A stretch of DNA of 52,331 bases from Chiloscyllium plagiosum (GCF_004010195.1 NC_057719.1:20922881-20975211), one strand, 5' to 3'; positions 25,625-38,237 are shown, counted from the stretch's first letter. Notes: generated by a model not told the origin, from the letters alone. Numbers and translations: made by a program.

Positions 25625-26312
25625 ATGCTATGGATGGTGATGGCTTGGAGGGGAACTTGCAGATGGTGGTGTTCTCATGTGTATATGGACATTGTAATGG
25701 GCTTGAAAGGTGCTGTCTAAGGACCTTTGATGAATTTCGGCAGTACATCTTGTAGATAGTGCACACTGCTGCTACTAAGTGTCAGTGATGAAGGAAATGG
25801 ATGTGGTGCCAATCAAGCAGGCTACTTTGTCCTGGATGATGCCAAGCTTCTTGAGTGTGGTGGAGTGGCACACATCCAGGCAAGTATTCCGCCACACTCC
25901 TGAGTTGTGCCCTATAGATCCAGACAGGCTTGATAGAGTCAGGAGGTGAATTACTTGCTCCAGGACTCCTCAACTCTGACCTTATCTGGCTGCCACAAAA
26001 CTTATATGGCTCTTCCAGTGCATTTACTGGCCAATGGTAACCCCCAAGAAAGTTGATAATGGGGGAGTCTGTAATGGAAATGCCATTGACTGTCAAGGAC
26101 AATGGTTAGATCCTCTCTTGTTGGAGATGGTCATTGCCTTGCATTTGTGAGGTACAAATGTCACTTGTCACCTTTCAGTCTAAGTCTGGATCTTGTTGCA
26201 TTTAAATACTTGTTTCTTCAGTGTCTGAAGAGTAATTGAACACTGTGTAACTATAAGCAAACATTTCTAGTTCTGACCTTATAATGGAGGGAAGGTCATT
26301 GATGAAGCAGTT
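25625..26312 (-). mobile_element. CR1/L2-group LINE family B, RT C-terminal fragment
   Basis: Reverse complement of 1185-1800 type sequence (ttcatcaatgaccttccctccattataaggtcagaa). Confidence 0.8.
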
Positions 26313-27451
26313 GAGGAGAATGTTTGGAACTTTTAAATAAAAGGTCCTAAACTTTGAGTGTGTATGTCTTTGAATGCAAGTACAGATTAGAGTTGAATCT
26401 TTTTTTTATACTGAACATCCATTCTTAATAAATACTGTATTGCTTTATTTAAAAACAAATGTAAAAGAAAGTCTGGCTATGAGCATTTTTGAGAGTTTCA
26501 GTACTTAAACGACTATTATTCACTGAATTCGGAAGCAAATTCTTCTAAAAATATCTGTTCTCAAAACTCTAGTCGTGGAGTGAATAGATAGGGGAGTCAT
26601 TCCACTGCACCCCATCTGATCACAACTGACACAACATGGGTTTTGCAGCTATTTACATTGATCATGCGTGTCTCTCATTATTACAATTAATTAATGTTCT
26701 GTAAAGCATTCAATTTAAATGAGGATTACAAAGTTAATAAATTAGTGTTGTTCCAATCAATAGGTCCATGTATGAATTTAAAAATGATTTACCTTTCTGC
26801 TCCATTCCTATTTTTGAGCAAGATTTTTCATAACTGACCTTTACCTAGTCCATAATAATGCATATATTATTGTTCCCATTAATTTCTGTAAATGTATTTT
26901 AGCATGACTCCCAGGAATTCAATGGAAGGAATCTCATTACCAATTTAAACTCGATCTTGACCAATTTGTACATATCTACTTCTCATGAAAGTTAAAGGTG
27001 CAAAATAAGGCCCTCAGTATTTTAACTGATCCTTAATTAATCACTTTATTGAGATTATATTGCAACCTTTAACTGTGTTGTTTTATGCATGTGAAATTAA
27101 GTTCCTGATAATGAGAAGTAATATAATTTAAATTTTAATTAATCTGAGTGCTCTCTGCAATTTTTTTTTTATAAATACGTAACCAGTTTGTAAATAAATG
27201 ATGCTTGGCATGTGATTAACAAAAATGCTTATAAAAGTGTCCATCAAACTCAGGGTCATTGATTCGCATTATTGTCTTATGTTATATCTGCAAAATTTGT
27301 AAATTTTCAACATGCCATAGATGTATATTTCCCTTCCGGTCAACGTCAATAGTCCATCTACTTTGGATTGTATGCCCCTGATTCATTTTAGATGGTTTCA
27401 CTTTCACCAATATTATACGGACTGGCAAATTGAGGGCAGCAAATATTGGGG

Positions 27452-29000
27452 TGGCAGGGTGGCTCAGTAGCTAGCATTGCTGCTTGACTATACTAGGGAC
27501 CCAGGCTTGATTCCAATGTTGGGCAACTGTGTAGAGTTCTGGATTAGTGGTGCTGGAAGAGCACAGCAGTTCAGGCAGCATCCAAGGAGCTTCGAAANNN
27601 NNNNNNNNNNNNNNNNNNNNNNNNNNNNNNNNNNNNNNNNNNNNNNNNNNNNNNNNNNNNNNNNNNNNNNNNNNNNNNNNNNNNNNNNNNNNNNNNNNNN
27701 NNNNNNNNNNNNNNNNNNNNNNNNNNNNNNNNNNNNNNNNNNNNNNNNNNNNNNNNNNNNNNNNNNNNNNNNNNNNNNNNNNNNNNNNNNNNNNNNNNNN
27801 NNNNNNNNNNNNNNNNNNNNNNNNNNNNNNNNNNNNNNNNNNNNNNNNNNNNNNNNNNNNNNNNNNNNNNNNNNNNNNNNNNNNNNNNNNNNNNNNNNNN
27901 NNNNNNNNNNNNNNNNNNNNNNNNNNNNNNNNNNNNNNNNNNNNNNNNNNNNNNNNNNNNNNNNNNNNNNNNNNNNNNNNNNNNNNNNNNNNNNNNNNNN
28001 NNNNNNNNNNNNNNNNNNNNNNNNNNNNNNNNNNNNNNNNNNNNNNNNNNNNNNNNNNNNNNNNNNNNNNNNNNNNNNNNNNNNNNNNNNNNNNNNNNNN
28101 NNNNNNNNNNNNNNNNNNNNNNNNNNNNNNNNNNNNNNNNNNNNNNNNNNNNNNNNNNNNNNNNNNNNNNNNNNNNNNNNNNNNNNNNNNNNNNNNNNNN
28201 NNNNNNNNNNNNNNNNNNNNNNNNNNNNNNNNNNNNNNNNNNNNNNNNNNNNNNNNNNNNNNNNNNNNNNNNNNNNNNNNNNNNNNNNNNNNNNNNNNNN
28301 NNNNNNNNNNNNNNNNNNNNNNNNNNNNNNNNGAGATGCGTTGGAGGGCATCTTTAACCACGTGGGAAGGGAAATTGCGGTCTCTAAAGAAGGAGGCCAT
28401 CTGGTGTGTTCTGTGGTGGAACTGGTCCTCCTGGGGGCAGATACGGCGGAGGCGGAGGAATTGGGAATACAGGATGCCATTTTTGTAAGAAGTAAGGTGG
28501 GATGAGGTGTAATCCAGGAAGCTGTGGGAGTAGGTGGGTTTGTAAAAAATGTCAGTGTCAAATCAGTCGTCGTTAATGGAGATGGAGAGGTCAGGAAGGG
28601 GAGGGAGGTGTCAGAGATGGTCCAGGTAAATTTAAGGTCAGGGTGGAATGTGTTGGTGAAGTTGATGAATTGCTCAACCTCCTCGCGGAAGCACGAGGTG
28701 GCACCAATGCAGTCATCAATGTAGCGGAGGAAGAGGTGGGGAGTGGTGCCGGTGTAATTATTGAAGATCAACTGCTCTGTATGTTTTCCCTGTGTCTGCT
28801 TGGATTTCCTGCGGGTGCTCTGGCTTCCTCCCACAGTCCAAAGATGTGCAGGTTTGGATGGATTGGCCATGCTAAATTACCCATATTGTCCAGGGATGTG
28901 CAGGTTAGGTGGATTAGCCTTGGGAAATGCAGGATTACAGGGATGAGGTGGACTTGATGGGCCAAAAGACCTGCTCCCACACTGTAGGGATTGTATGATT
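27452..29000 (+). mobile_element. HE1-like SINE split by a PLE insertion (5' part ~27452-27537, 3' part ~28780-29000)
   Basis: ggcagggtggctcagtagctagcattgc head; the SINE body resumes after the PLE and ends cacactgtagggatt. Confidence 0.8.
27538..28778 (-). mobile_element. Penelope-like element (family B), RT fragment; assembly gap 27598-28332 inside
   Basis: LFLRYIDDCIGA..FINFTNTFHPDLKFTWTISDTSLPFL is the PLE RT catalytic YIDD region. The 3' terminus matches the 14431 copy. Confidence 0.92.
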
Positions 29001-30074
29001 TCAAATTATATCACCCCACAATACGGGCACAGAGATCATGATGAGTCATAAGACACACTTACTAGTGCTTGTATGTTGCCAGTGCTTCCAAGTTGCATTT
29101 TGGCTCAAGGTATCTGGAGATCAAATGTTATGAGAGCCCAGCACTATTTAAAGCTAGCCAGCATATCGCAATACCAGACTGTGCCATTAAGTAGGAAATA
29201 TGTTCTTGCAATTGTATGATTATTCCAGATATTGAGAAGGGGAAAACTCAGTAACAGATGATCATGGGAGAGATGTAAGAAACAAATTTATCAACATTGT
29301 AGGCCTTGTTGAAAGAGATAGAAGGTGAGAAGGTGTCCTATTCCCTCAGGTTTCCTCAAGTCACATGTTTAGAAGTCAAGCAATAGTGTGGATCTCAATG
29401 GCAAGTTATTTTTCTTTATTCTTTCATGAGATGTGGTGTCATTGGCAATGCTGAGTATTTGTTGTCCATTCCTCATTGCCTCTCGATCTAAGTAATGGCG
29501 GCCATTGAAGAAAGCAGTTACGAATCAACCACATTGCAGGAGTCACATGTTTGCCTGATCAGCTAAGGTTGTTCTTAGATTCTTGATCGCTGAGGGGATG
29601 AAAAATTATAGGAAATATTAAAGTTTGCACAGTAAAGGTAAAATCAAATCAGCTACCATTTTATTAAATAACAGAGCAGGCCCAAAGGGCCGTGTGGCCT
29701 ACTCTTGTTCCTTGTTCACGTATAATCTAATATTGAACTGGATGGGTTTTGACATCAATTAATGATAATTGCCTTGGATACTTTGACAGAAGCAAGCTTT
29801 CATCTCTAGAATAATTAAGTGAACTTAAATTCTATCACTTACTGAGGCAGGGTTCGAACACTTGTTTCCAGGGTATTAGACTGGGCCTATGGATTACAGG
29901 TCCAGTGCTAACACCAGTACACCACCATTATCACAAAGCCCTACAGGCCTGGATATCTGCCAGGAGTTATCCAGCTCAGGAGTGCCATAGGAATAGCTAA
30001 ACAAGTGCACTGCTAACCTCATTGGCTACTCAGGTAATGGCAATTCTGTGACCACATTATCAATAATCTTGAGA

Positions 30075-30411
30075 TTGTTGACTTGCTTGTTGAGCTGGTA
30101 CGTTTGCAGACATTTCATTGCCATATCAGGTAACATCATCAGTCTGCCTCTGGTGAAACGTTGTTGTTCTGTCCAGCTTGCAATTTTTGTGTGCGTCCCA
30201 GTTTGCTGAGGTGAGTGATATCATTTCTGGTTTTGTTTCTTAGTGGCTGATATATGGAGTCTAACTCTACATGTTTGTTCATGGAGTTCTGAGTTGAATG
30301 CCAGGCCTCCAGGAATTCTTGTGCATGCCTTTGCTGACTTTGTGCTAGAATGGATGCGCTGTTCCAGTCGAATCACTGTCCTTCTTTGTCCGTGTGTACA
30401 GACACAAGTGA
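30075..30411 (-). mobile_element. Penelope-like element 3' fragment (family P)
   Basis: Reverse strand translates SLVSVHTDKEGQ*FDWNSASILAQSQQRHAQEFLEAWHSTQNSMNKHVELDSIYQPL. Decayed hammerhead CTGATGA-tgttacc..ggcaat-GAAATGTC at 30108-30142. Confidence 0.88.
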
Positions 30412-30792
30412 TTTTTATCAATCAAGATTCATATCTAACATGCATGTGACTTATCTCCCTCACACAATCAGTACTGTGAAGCCCTTGCACCCACATTTCA
30501 CAGCTTACAAATATTAGTAGCTATTCAATCATGACAGCCACATGCCCAAAACCTTTACCCAACACTCCTTGAGACAATTCCTTCTTTCATGCAGGAAAAC
30601 TGCAGGAGACAGCACTATTTAATGAAAAATCTACATGTTCAAATTCCTTTGAAGGAGACAGTAGTGGCCATTATGGGAAGAGGCTACTGCAGTATGGAAT
30701 TGGTGTCCAGAATTACACAGTGCAGAATGAGTCCATCAGTTCATTGTATCTTCAGCAACTCTTTGAAAGAGTCATCCAATATGTCCCATCCC

Positions 30793-30977
30793 TAAAACAA
30801 AGCAAAGAACGGTAGACACTGGAAATCTGAAACAAAAACAGAAAGTGTTGAAGAAACTCAGTAAGGCTGGCAGCATCTGTTTAGAGAAAGTAGTTTTTTG
30901 GGGGGGAAATGTTAACTCTATTTTCATTCCATAGATGCTGCCAGACCTGCTGAGTTTCTTCAGCAATTTCTGTTTTA
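30793..30977. mobile_element. Fold-back PLE derivative (family C)
   Basis: aaaacagaaagtgttgaagaaactcagtaaggctggcagcatct is inverted at ~30932-30976. Flanked by gtcccatccc / gtcccattccc. Confidence 0.75.
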
Positions 30978-31934
30978 GTCCCATTCCCTCCTGTTTGCTC
31001 CTCAGCCCTGCAATATCTTTTCCTTTTTTTATATTTCAGTGTGAGGTGAAGAATGCTTCAGTCTTCCCTTTTGGGCGCGCTTTGTTTTGTTGAGAGCAGA
31101 AGTTTGAGCCGAAGAAATGGTTACACATGTAGGTCATTGTGAACATGCAGTCACAGTTTGCACAGTACTTGAAGCCTTTAACAGACGTCGGTGCTAATTC
31201 ACCGATAGATCCATGGAGACACTTTGTTTTCGATGGAATTGATGCACTACATGGGTCAATGCTGAAGAGAGGAGTGTATGTCCACAGCCAGCAGGAAGAC
31301 ATTGTGAACTGAGTGTAGAATTCTGGTTTGGGAATAGCCTCTGGTTTGTCAATGCTTTCATTCATTTCTGTCTGCTTTGTTTGATTTTGTTGAATCTAAG
31401 AGCCTTTTATTCATTCATTGTTTGGCTAGCCAATCAATGAATGAAATTAAGGATGCCATTGGGCCCATCATGCCTGTGCTGGTCCTTTGAATCATACATC
31501 AAATCAGTTTCATTAATCTTGCTGTCTGCCCATTGCCATGCAAATGTTGTTTTTACAGATATGTATGCAACTTCCTTTTGAAATTCATCATTGAATCCGT
31601 ATCTGTCCCATTTCTCAGCAGTGCAATGTAGATCTTAACAACTTATTCCATTACATAAAAAAATTCCCATTGTCCTTTTGTCGATTCACTTCAAGCAGTA
31701 TTGATGGGTCAGTGACCCTTCTGTGAGCAGAAACAATTTCTCCTGACCTACATGATCAAAACTCTTCATTAGTTTAATGAAGTGACATCTCTGATAGCCA
31801 CCCATTAAATCTCTGTTCGCAAGGAGAACAATCAAGTCTTTCCACATAACTGAAGACCTACATCCTTACAAGCTCAGCCTAGCATGAGCTCTTCCAAAGG
31901 TTTGGCAGCTGATCATTGTCGACTGGGAAAGCTG

Positions 31935-32360
31935 AAAGGTTAGACGCCTGTATTCACTGGAATTCAGAAGAATCAGCGCTGATTTACTTGAAACGTACAA
32001 GATCCTGAGGGGCCTGACCAGGTTGATGCGGAAAGGATGTTTCCTCTTGTGAGAGAATCTAGAACCATGGGTCATAGTTTCAAAACAAAGGGGTTTTCAT
32101 TTAAGGCAGAGATGAGGTAACTTATTTTCTCTCAGGAGGTTTGAATCTCTGGGATTCCCTTCCTCAAAAAGGCAGCAGATACAGAATCTTTAAACATTTT
32201 TAAGGCAGAGATAGATGGATTCTTGATTACCAAGAGGATGAAGGATGATCAATGGTATACAGGAATTTAGAGTTGAGGTTGAAATTAGATCAGCCGTGAT
32301 TTAATTAAATAGCAGAACAGGCTTGAAAGGCCGAGTGGACAACTCTTGTTTCTTGTTCCC
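31935..32360 (+). mobile_element. CR1 3' fragment, flanked by minus-strand CR1 remnants (~31440-31900 and ~32380-32505)
   Basis: RLDAC/LYSLEFRRISADLLETYKILRGL, FKAEIDGFL and a CR1 3' UTR. Confidence 0.82.
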
Positions 32361-34009
32361 TTGTAGAAACAAAGATAAATAGAATAATGGAGCAGTAGAC
32401 CATTCAGCCCTTCAAGCCTACTCCGCCATTCAATATGATCATGGCTGATCATCCAACCCAACACTCTATTTCTGTTTTCTCCCCATAACCTTTGCTCCCT
32501 TTACCTGGAAGAACTGTTGTCCATGCTTTAGACACTTTGACCAGTTTGTGTACTAAAAACACTTTATCCAAGAGCTCTTGTTTGTCAGGCCAGTAAAAGG
32601 GTACAGAATTTGGTTTGTGCTTCAACTCAATTTTACTAACAAAATATTCCATATTTAAATTCCAACATGCAAGCATTTCCCAAATACCCATATTATTTAT
32701 TCTCTATCTAGCTCCACCTGTCTGTGAAAGGGTATTAACAGCAATGATCCATGTGTTTGAGCTGAGCCTGTGGAATCTCCTTCGTAGAGCTGGCTGTCTT
32801 CCACAAAGGTGAGTCTTGCAGGTCAGGGCAGATCTTCTCTCTCTCTCTCTAGGTTGAGCCAGGTTGAGTTTTCACTGAGGCTGTGTGTGCTTTTATTCTT
32901 TCACCATCCCCCCCACCCCCTCCAGATTCCCTTGCTCTCACACCAGACCTTCCAAAATGTTCTGTTGCCTTTGTCCAATGGGGTCACACCTAACCTTTCA
33001 CTGTTGTTAGCTGGGAGATGTACAGTGCACATACTCAGGCAATCAAGAACTTCTGATCAACATTCTCCAATACACAAACACCAGGTTGGTTGCAATTGGT
33101 TCCCCTTGACCTTTGTAGCCTTTTTGACCTTGGTTTCCACTGTTCTCTGTAGCCAACAGCTACTGGCTGCTGTTTCATTTTGTTTAGCCAATTTTCCGTC
33201 AAGCCTGATTTCTCCAGCTGTGGGTTAACTTAAAATATCAAATTTTGGGCACATGAGCTATTTTGTATGCTTTGGATAGGGATGGGGAAGGAATTAATAT
33301 CCCTGAAGAAGAGTCATATTAGACTTGAAATATCAACTGTTTCTCTCTTTACAAATGCTACCACACCAGCTGAGTTTCAGATCGCAATAATTTGCAAGTA
33401 CTTTGCTTTTCTTTTAGTATTTGCTACTTCACAGACTATGGAACACAGAGTGATCAGGGAATTGAGCACTTCTTTGATAGAGTGAGAGGAATTGGATTCA
33501 AACAGGAATTCGCTGGTAAGTAGTCTTTTGCTGAAATTCAGTTCAACATCTAAAATTTGTCTTAGAACTTTGAAAATCATTAAAAAAAACTTTTAGGTTT
33601 CTAAGATGTCTGGCTAACTGAAGCTGCTAATCAGTGGTAGTTTGCTGTCAGTGAGCAGAAGTGTTTGTCTCAATAGGTGTTAATCACTGCAATGGCAAAC
33701 TGAATTCGGAATTCTCATTTAAGTTTTGGTCATAAGCTCCATGTAAATGATTAGCATTTGCTAACACAGAATGGGTAGCATAGAGTGCTGACGTCTGCAA
33801 TTTGGTACAAAAGGGAATTTAGTGCAAAGAGGAAGGAAAAGCTCCTTTTGTATTTTTTGATCCAATAGCTTGTGAGGGAATATTCCCTTCTTTAGTATTG
33901 CACAAGCAATAGTGAATATAGTGACAAAGCAGGATAAGAATGAACAAATTCAAATGCTTGGTATCAAAAAGATTGTCCAAATTTTCCTCTCAAGCCTCAA
34001 CTGGTGATT

Positions 34010-34380
34010 GTAGAACAGCGGATGCTGTAAATCAGAAATAAAAACAAAAGTTGCTGGAAAAGCTCAGCAGGTCTGGCAGCATCTGTGAAGAGAAATCAGA
34101 GTTAACGTTTCAGGTCTGGTGACCCTTCCTCAGAACTGATGGTAGCTAGAAAAATGTCAGTTTCCATGCAGAAGACAGGGTGTGGGGGAGGCAGTACGGA
34201 GTAAATGACAGTTTGGGATAGAGCTCAAAGAGAGAACAGTTAGAAAGCCAAAGGAGCAGATAACGATCCAGCTAGGAGGCTGAGGAGCTGAATAGCTGTT
34301 AATAGAGAGTGTTAATGGCTAACATTACGTAGTGTGTAATGGCAGAATGTGTGATAACAAGGCCTGGTGTGCGCGGGTGG
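34010..34380 (-). mobile_element. PLE terminus (family C) with hammerhead motif
   Basis: Same terminus as 5661-5882. Reverse strand 34104-34133 reads CTGAGGA-A-GGGTC ACCA GACCT-GAAAC-GTT, flanked by gtt/aac that can form stem I. Confidence 0.75.
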
Positions 34381-34517
34381 ACACTAATGCCTTTTGACCT
34401 TGTGCTTTGCTGGTGCACTATATTAATTGTTCCACCTAAATACCATTTTACTCTGCTCCAGAGCCTTGATATTTCCTCAATTGCAATTCTCCAAATTCTT
34501 CCACTCATTTCCTTTTT

Positions 34518-34819
34518 TAGATTAGATTGGATTACTTACATTGTGGAAACAAGTGCACACTGACCATCCGAAGAGCAACCCACCCAGACCCATTCCCTGA
34601 CATTTACCTCTTCACCAATACTACGGGCAGATTTAGCATGGCCAATTCACCTAACCTGCACATCTTTGGAGTGTGGGAGGAAACTGGAGCACCCGGAGGA
34701 AACCCACGCAGACACGGGGAGAATATGCAAACTCCACACAGACAGTTGCCTGAGGCAGGAGTTGAACCCCGGTCTCTGGCACTGTGAGGCAGCAGTGCTA
34801 ACCGCTGAGCCACCGTGCC
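34518..34819 (-). mobile_element. HE1-like SINE, absent from the right arm
   Basis: Full head ggcacggtggctcagcggttagcactgc and (TCTAA)n tail. Confidence 0.9.
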
Positions 34820-35191
34820 TCTTTTATTAGGCACGGTGGGGACTGCAGATGCTGGAAACCAGAGTTAGATCAGAGTGGTGCTGGAAAAGCACAGCAGATC
34901 AGGCAGCATCCAAAGAGCATTCCTGCTCCTCGGATGCTGCCACTCCTTTTTTTATAAGTGCTGTTTAGTTATTTGATTGACCACAATTTACCAGAAGCCC
35001 ATCTCAGTGGAATAACTTCCTCTTTTCTCAATACTGGTTCTAGTGACCTACAAAGTAGTATTCCAGTTACATGTCTGACCTTCTTATTTGTTAGTCCCTT
35101 TGCAAATTGATAAATGGTTTAGTTAACAATCCAAAATTATGACCTTTCAGATTTTACATTCTAATTTGGATCATAATTCCTCAAACATCCA

Positions 35192-35398
35192 TCGCAGAAT
35201 GTCATTCTTAGTTCGATTTATTTCGTAGATTCCTTCATGGACGACAACAATTGGATCCTTCCCCTCTTTGAGGAGAAAGTGAGGTCTGCAGATGCTGGAG
35301 ATCAAAGTTGAAACTTTATTTCGCAGAATGTCATTCTTAGTTCGATTTATTTCGTAGATTCCTTCATGGACGACAACAATTGGATCCTTCCCCTCTTT
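35192..35398 (+). repeat. 78-bp perfect direct duplication flanking a 51-bp PLE terminal fragment
   Basis: 35192-35269 is identical to 35321-35398. The insert gaggagaaagtgaggtctgcagatgctggagatc.. matches family B PLE ends. Confidence 0.92.
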
Positions 35399-36212
35399 AT
35401 CTAGTTTCATCCCCACCAGTCATGAGGGCTGGATTGGTAACTCCCAGTCATGGCTGCAGGGATTTCTCTACAGTCCCCTAACCATACTGTCCCCGAAACC
35501 TACTACTTAATTTTTCACTCCCTCTGCTCGAATTGGTCTCGACGACAATGGTCAACTTGTTGAGCCACCCTGAAAACTTTTAGATCTCTACTGAATCGAA
35601 CAGGTGTGATTGCCTCTTGGAACAATGTGCTCAGGTTACACTTGCTACTTAGTGCCCCACCATTTCTGATTCTCAGACCCAAGCTCAGCAGCTCTTGGAA
35701 GAACTTTACAGGCCCCTACCAGTACATTTCCAGTTGTGGATGTCCATAAAATGATACAAATGTTCTTCAAAGTATGCTCTTGCCTGCTCCTCACCAATTC
35801 TCAGTTTTACAGGGGTAGACGAGGCCCACGATGGCCTGGACTACCTTTTCACTCAGTCTCAATTTTGAGAACAGACAGAGGAGGTTTGAAATGGCTTTGC
35901 GGAAGGAGATGGAAGAGATGTTGCTTGGTAGGTCAATTTATGCTCAGCTGGCAAACCCAGAGAATTCATGCCTTTGGTCTCTTTTGCCAATCCGTTCTCC
36001 ATCAAAACCGGGCCCTCACAAAACAACCTCAAGATCTGCCTCCCCTTGGTACGCCATCGTTCCAGTCATCTCTCTCCCTCCTCACGTCTCCTCCCATATC
36101 CCTGACAATTACCTCCACTCTGGCCTGAGACTTCACCTCGTGGGACTATCTATAGTTCTAACAATGACCGCTCCTCCCAGTGGCACTGTTATAATTCCAG
36201 GTCTGGCAGATC

Positions 36213-36555
36213 TTAGAGTCATTGAGTCATAGAGATGTACAGCACTGAAAAAGGCCCTTCAGTCCAACACGTTCATGCCAACCAGATATCCTAACCTAAT
36301 CTAGTTCCATTTGCCAGCACTTGGCCCATATCCCTCCAAACTCTTCCTACTCATATATCCATCCAGATGCCTTTTAAATGTTGTAATTCTAGCAGCTTCC
36401 ACCACTTCCTCTGGCTGCTCATTCCATATACACACCACCCTCTGTGTGAAAGAGCTGCCCATTAGGTCCCATTTAAATTTTTCCCCTTTCACCCTGAACC
36501 TATGCCCTATAGTTCTGGACTCCCCCACCCCAGGGAAAAGACCTTGTCCGTTTAT
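36213..36555 (-). mobile_element. CR1 3' end, inverted copy of the end of the long CR1
   Basis: ORF 36301-36528 has FTQRVVCIWN and FKRHLDGYM. It shares its flank junction with 44013. Confidence 0.9.
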
Positions 36556-36607
36556 TCAGTCTGGTCTTCAGTCAGATCTGTCTCAATGCCTTGTCTTACT
36601 TTCGTTC

Positions 36608-37965
36608 CATAGCTCTTGATGCCTTTTATAGGAGCTGAGTGCCCCTGGTAGAACCCAAACTGGGCGTCTTTGAGAAGGTTATTGCTGAGCAGCTGCTGCT
36701 TGATAGCATTGTTGATGACACCTTTCATCACTTTCCTGATAAATTGAGGGTACACTGATGGCCTGGTAATTGGCTGGGTTGGATTTGTCCTGCCTTTTAT
36801 GTACAGGGCATATCTGTGCAATTTTCCACACAGTCAGGTAGATTTCAGTGTTGTAACTGTATTGGAACAGCTTGGCTAGGGCTCCAGCAAGTTTAGGAGC
36901 ACATATCTTCAGTACTATTGCCAGAATGTTGTCAGGGCCCATAGCTTTTGCAATATCCAGTGTCTCCAACTGTTTCTTAATATCACATGGAGTGAACCAG
37001 TATGGCTGAAGACTGGTATCTGTGATGCTGGGAACTGTTGGAGGAGCTGAGATGGTCACCTACTTGACACTTTGGCTGAGGATTGTTGTGAATGCTTCAG
37101 CCTTATCTGTTGCCCTGATGCACAGGGCTTTTGCATCATTGAGGATGGGGATATTTATGGAACCTCCTTTTCCATTGAGTTGTTTAATTGTTCACCATCA
37201 TTTATGATGAGATGTAGTTGAACTGTAAAGGTTAGATGTGATCTGTTGGTTGTGGGATTGTTTAACTCTGTCCGTCACTTTATGTTTATTCTATTTGGCA
37301 TGCAAGTTGTTCTGTTTGGTAGCTTCACCTGGTTAGCACCTCATTTTTAGGTATGCCTAGTGCTGCTCTTGGCATGCCCTCCTACACTCTCCATTACACC
37401 AATTTGATCCCCGACTTGATTATAATGGTTGAGTGAGGGATAGGTCATGAAGCTGCAGATTGATCTGGAGTACAATTCTGCTGCTGTTGGTGGCCCACAG
37501 TGCCTCATGGCTGCCAGTTTTAAGTCGGTAGATATTTTTGAGGTCTGTCTTATTTAGCAGGGTGAGTGCCACATAACATAATGGATGGTTCTCTCAATGT
37601 GAAGGTGAGACTTCATCTCCACAGGGACTGTGTGGTGGTCACTCTTACCAAAACTGTCAGGGACAGATACGTCTGCTGCCAGCAGATAGGTGAAGATGCG
37701 GGTCACATATGTTTTTCCCTCTTGTTGGTTCCTGAACCACTTGTCACACACTCAGTCTAGAAGCTATGCCCTTTCGGACCCAACCAGCTCGATCAGTAGT
37801 GCTGTTGCTGAACGACTGGCAGTGGACATTGAAATTCCAACCCAGAGTATGTTGTACACCCACGCCACCCCCAGTACTTCTTCTAAGTGTTGTTCAACAT
37901 GGAGAAGTACAGATTCATCAGCCTGGGGAGGATGGTATATGGTAATCAGCAGGAGATTTCCTTGC
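36608..37965 (-). mobile_element. CR1/L2-group LINE family B, endonuclease to RT N-terminal part
   Basis: GKSDHHTV (endonuclease SDH motif), KAMGPDNI..WKIAQICPVHKRQDKSNPANYQAIS and AQFGFYQGHSAP. Confidence 0.88.
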
Positions 37966-38237
37966 TCACTACAGAAGGGTAGTCCAAGATGGAGGATGGG
38001 AGAAAAATTGTAGCTATAAGCGCTTCTTTTATTTTAGGTATTTTAGGTGTTGGAGTTGATTTCCTCCAATTCCAGGAGCAACATTTACCACTTTAAAAGC
38101 TGTTGTATTATTTTGGAACTTTGAGGGAAAAAGATCAAAACAATGGCACTCTAAAAAGGAGGAAGACAGACAAAGGCAGAGACCACACGGTCAAAGAAAT
38201 TGACGTTGCTGTCTGATACAGTAATGTATCTGCTGCA

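Larger units (their letters stand above)
34382..36555 (+). repeat. Left arm of ~2.1 kb inverted duplication
   Basis: Colinear reverse-complement match to 43675-45777, e.g. HIPDNYLHSGLRLHL..PPSGTVIIPGLADLRVIES appears in both ORF 35831-36232(+) and ORF 43808-44260(-). Confidence 0.92.

Noticed and set aside
27471..28870. Long ORFs of 270-460 aa here and at 39593-40423
   Set aside because: They are artefacts of translating N runs; only the PLE RT portion is real.
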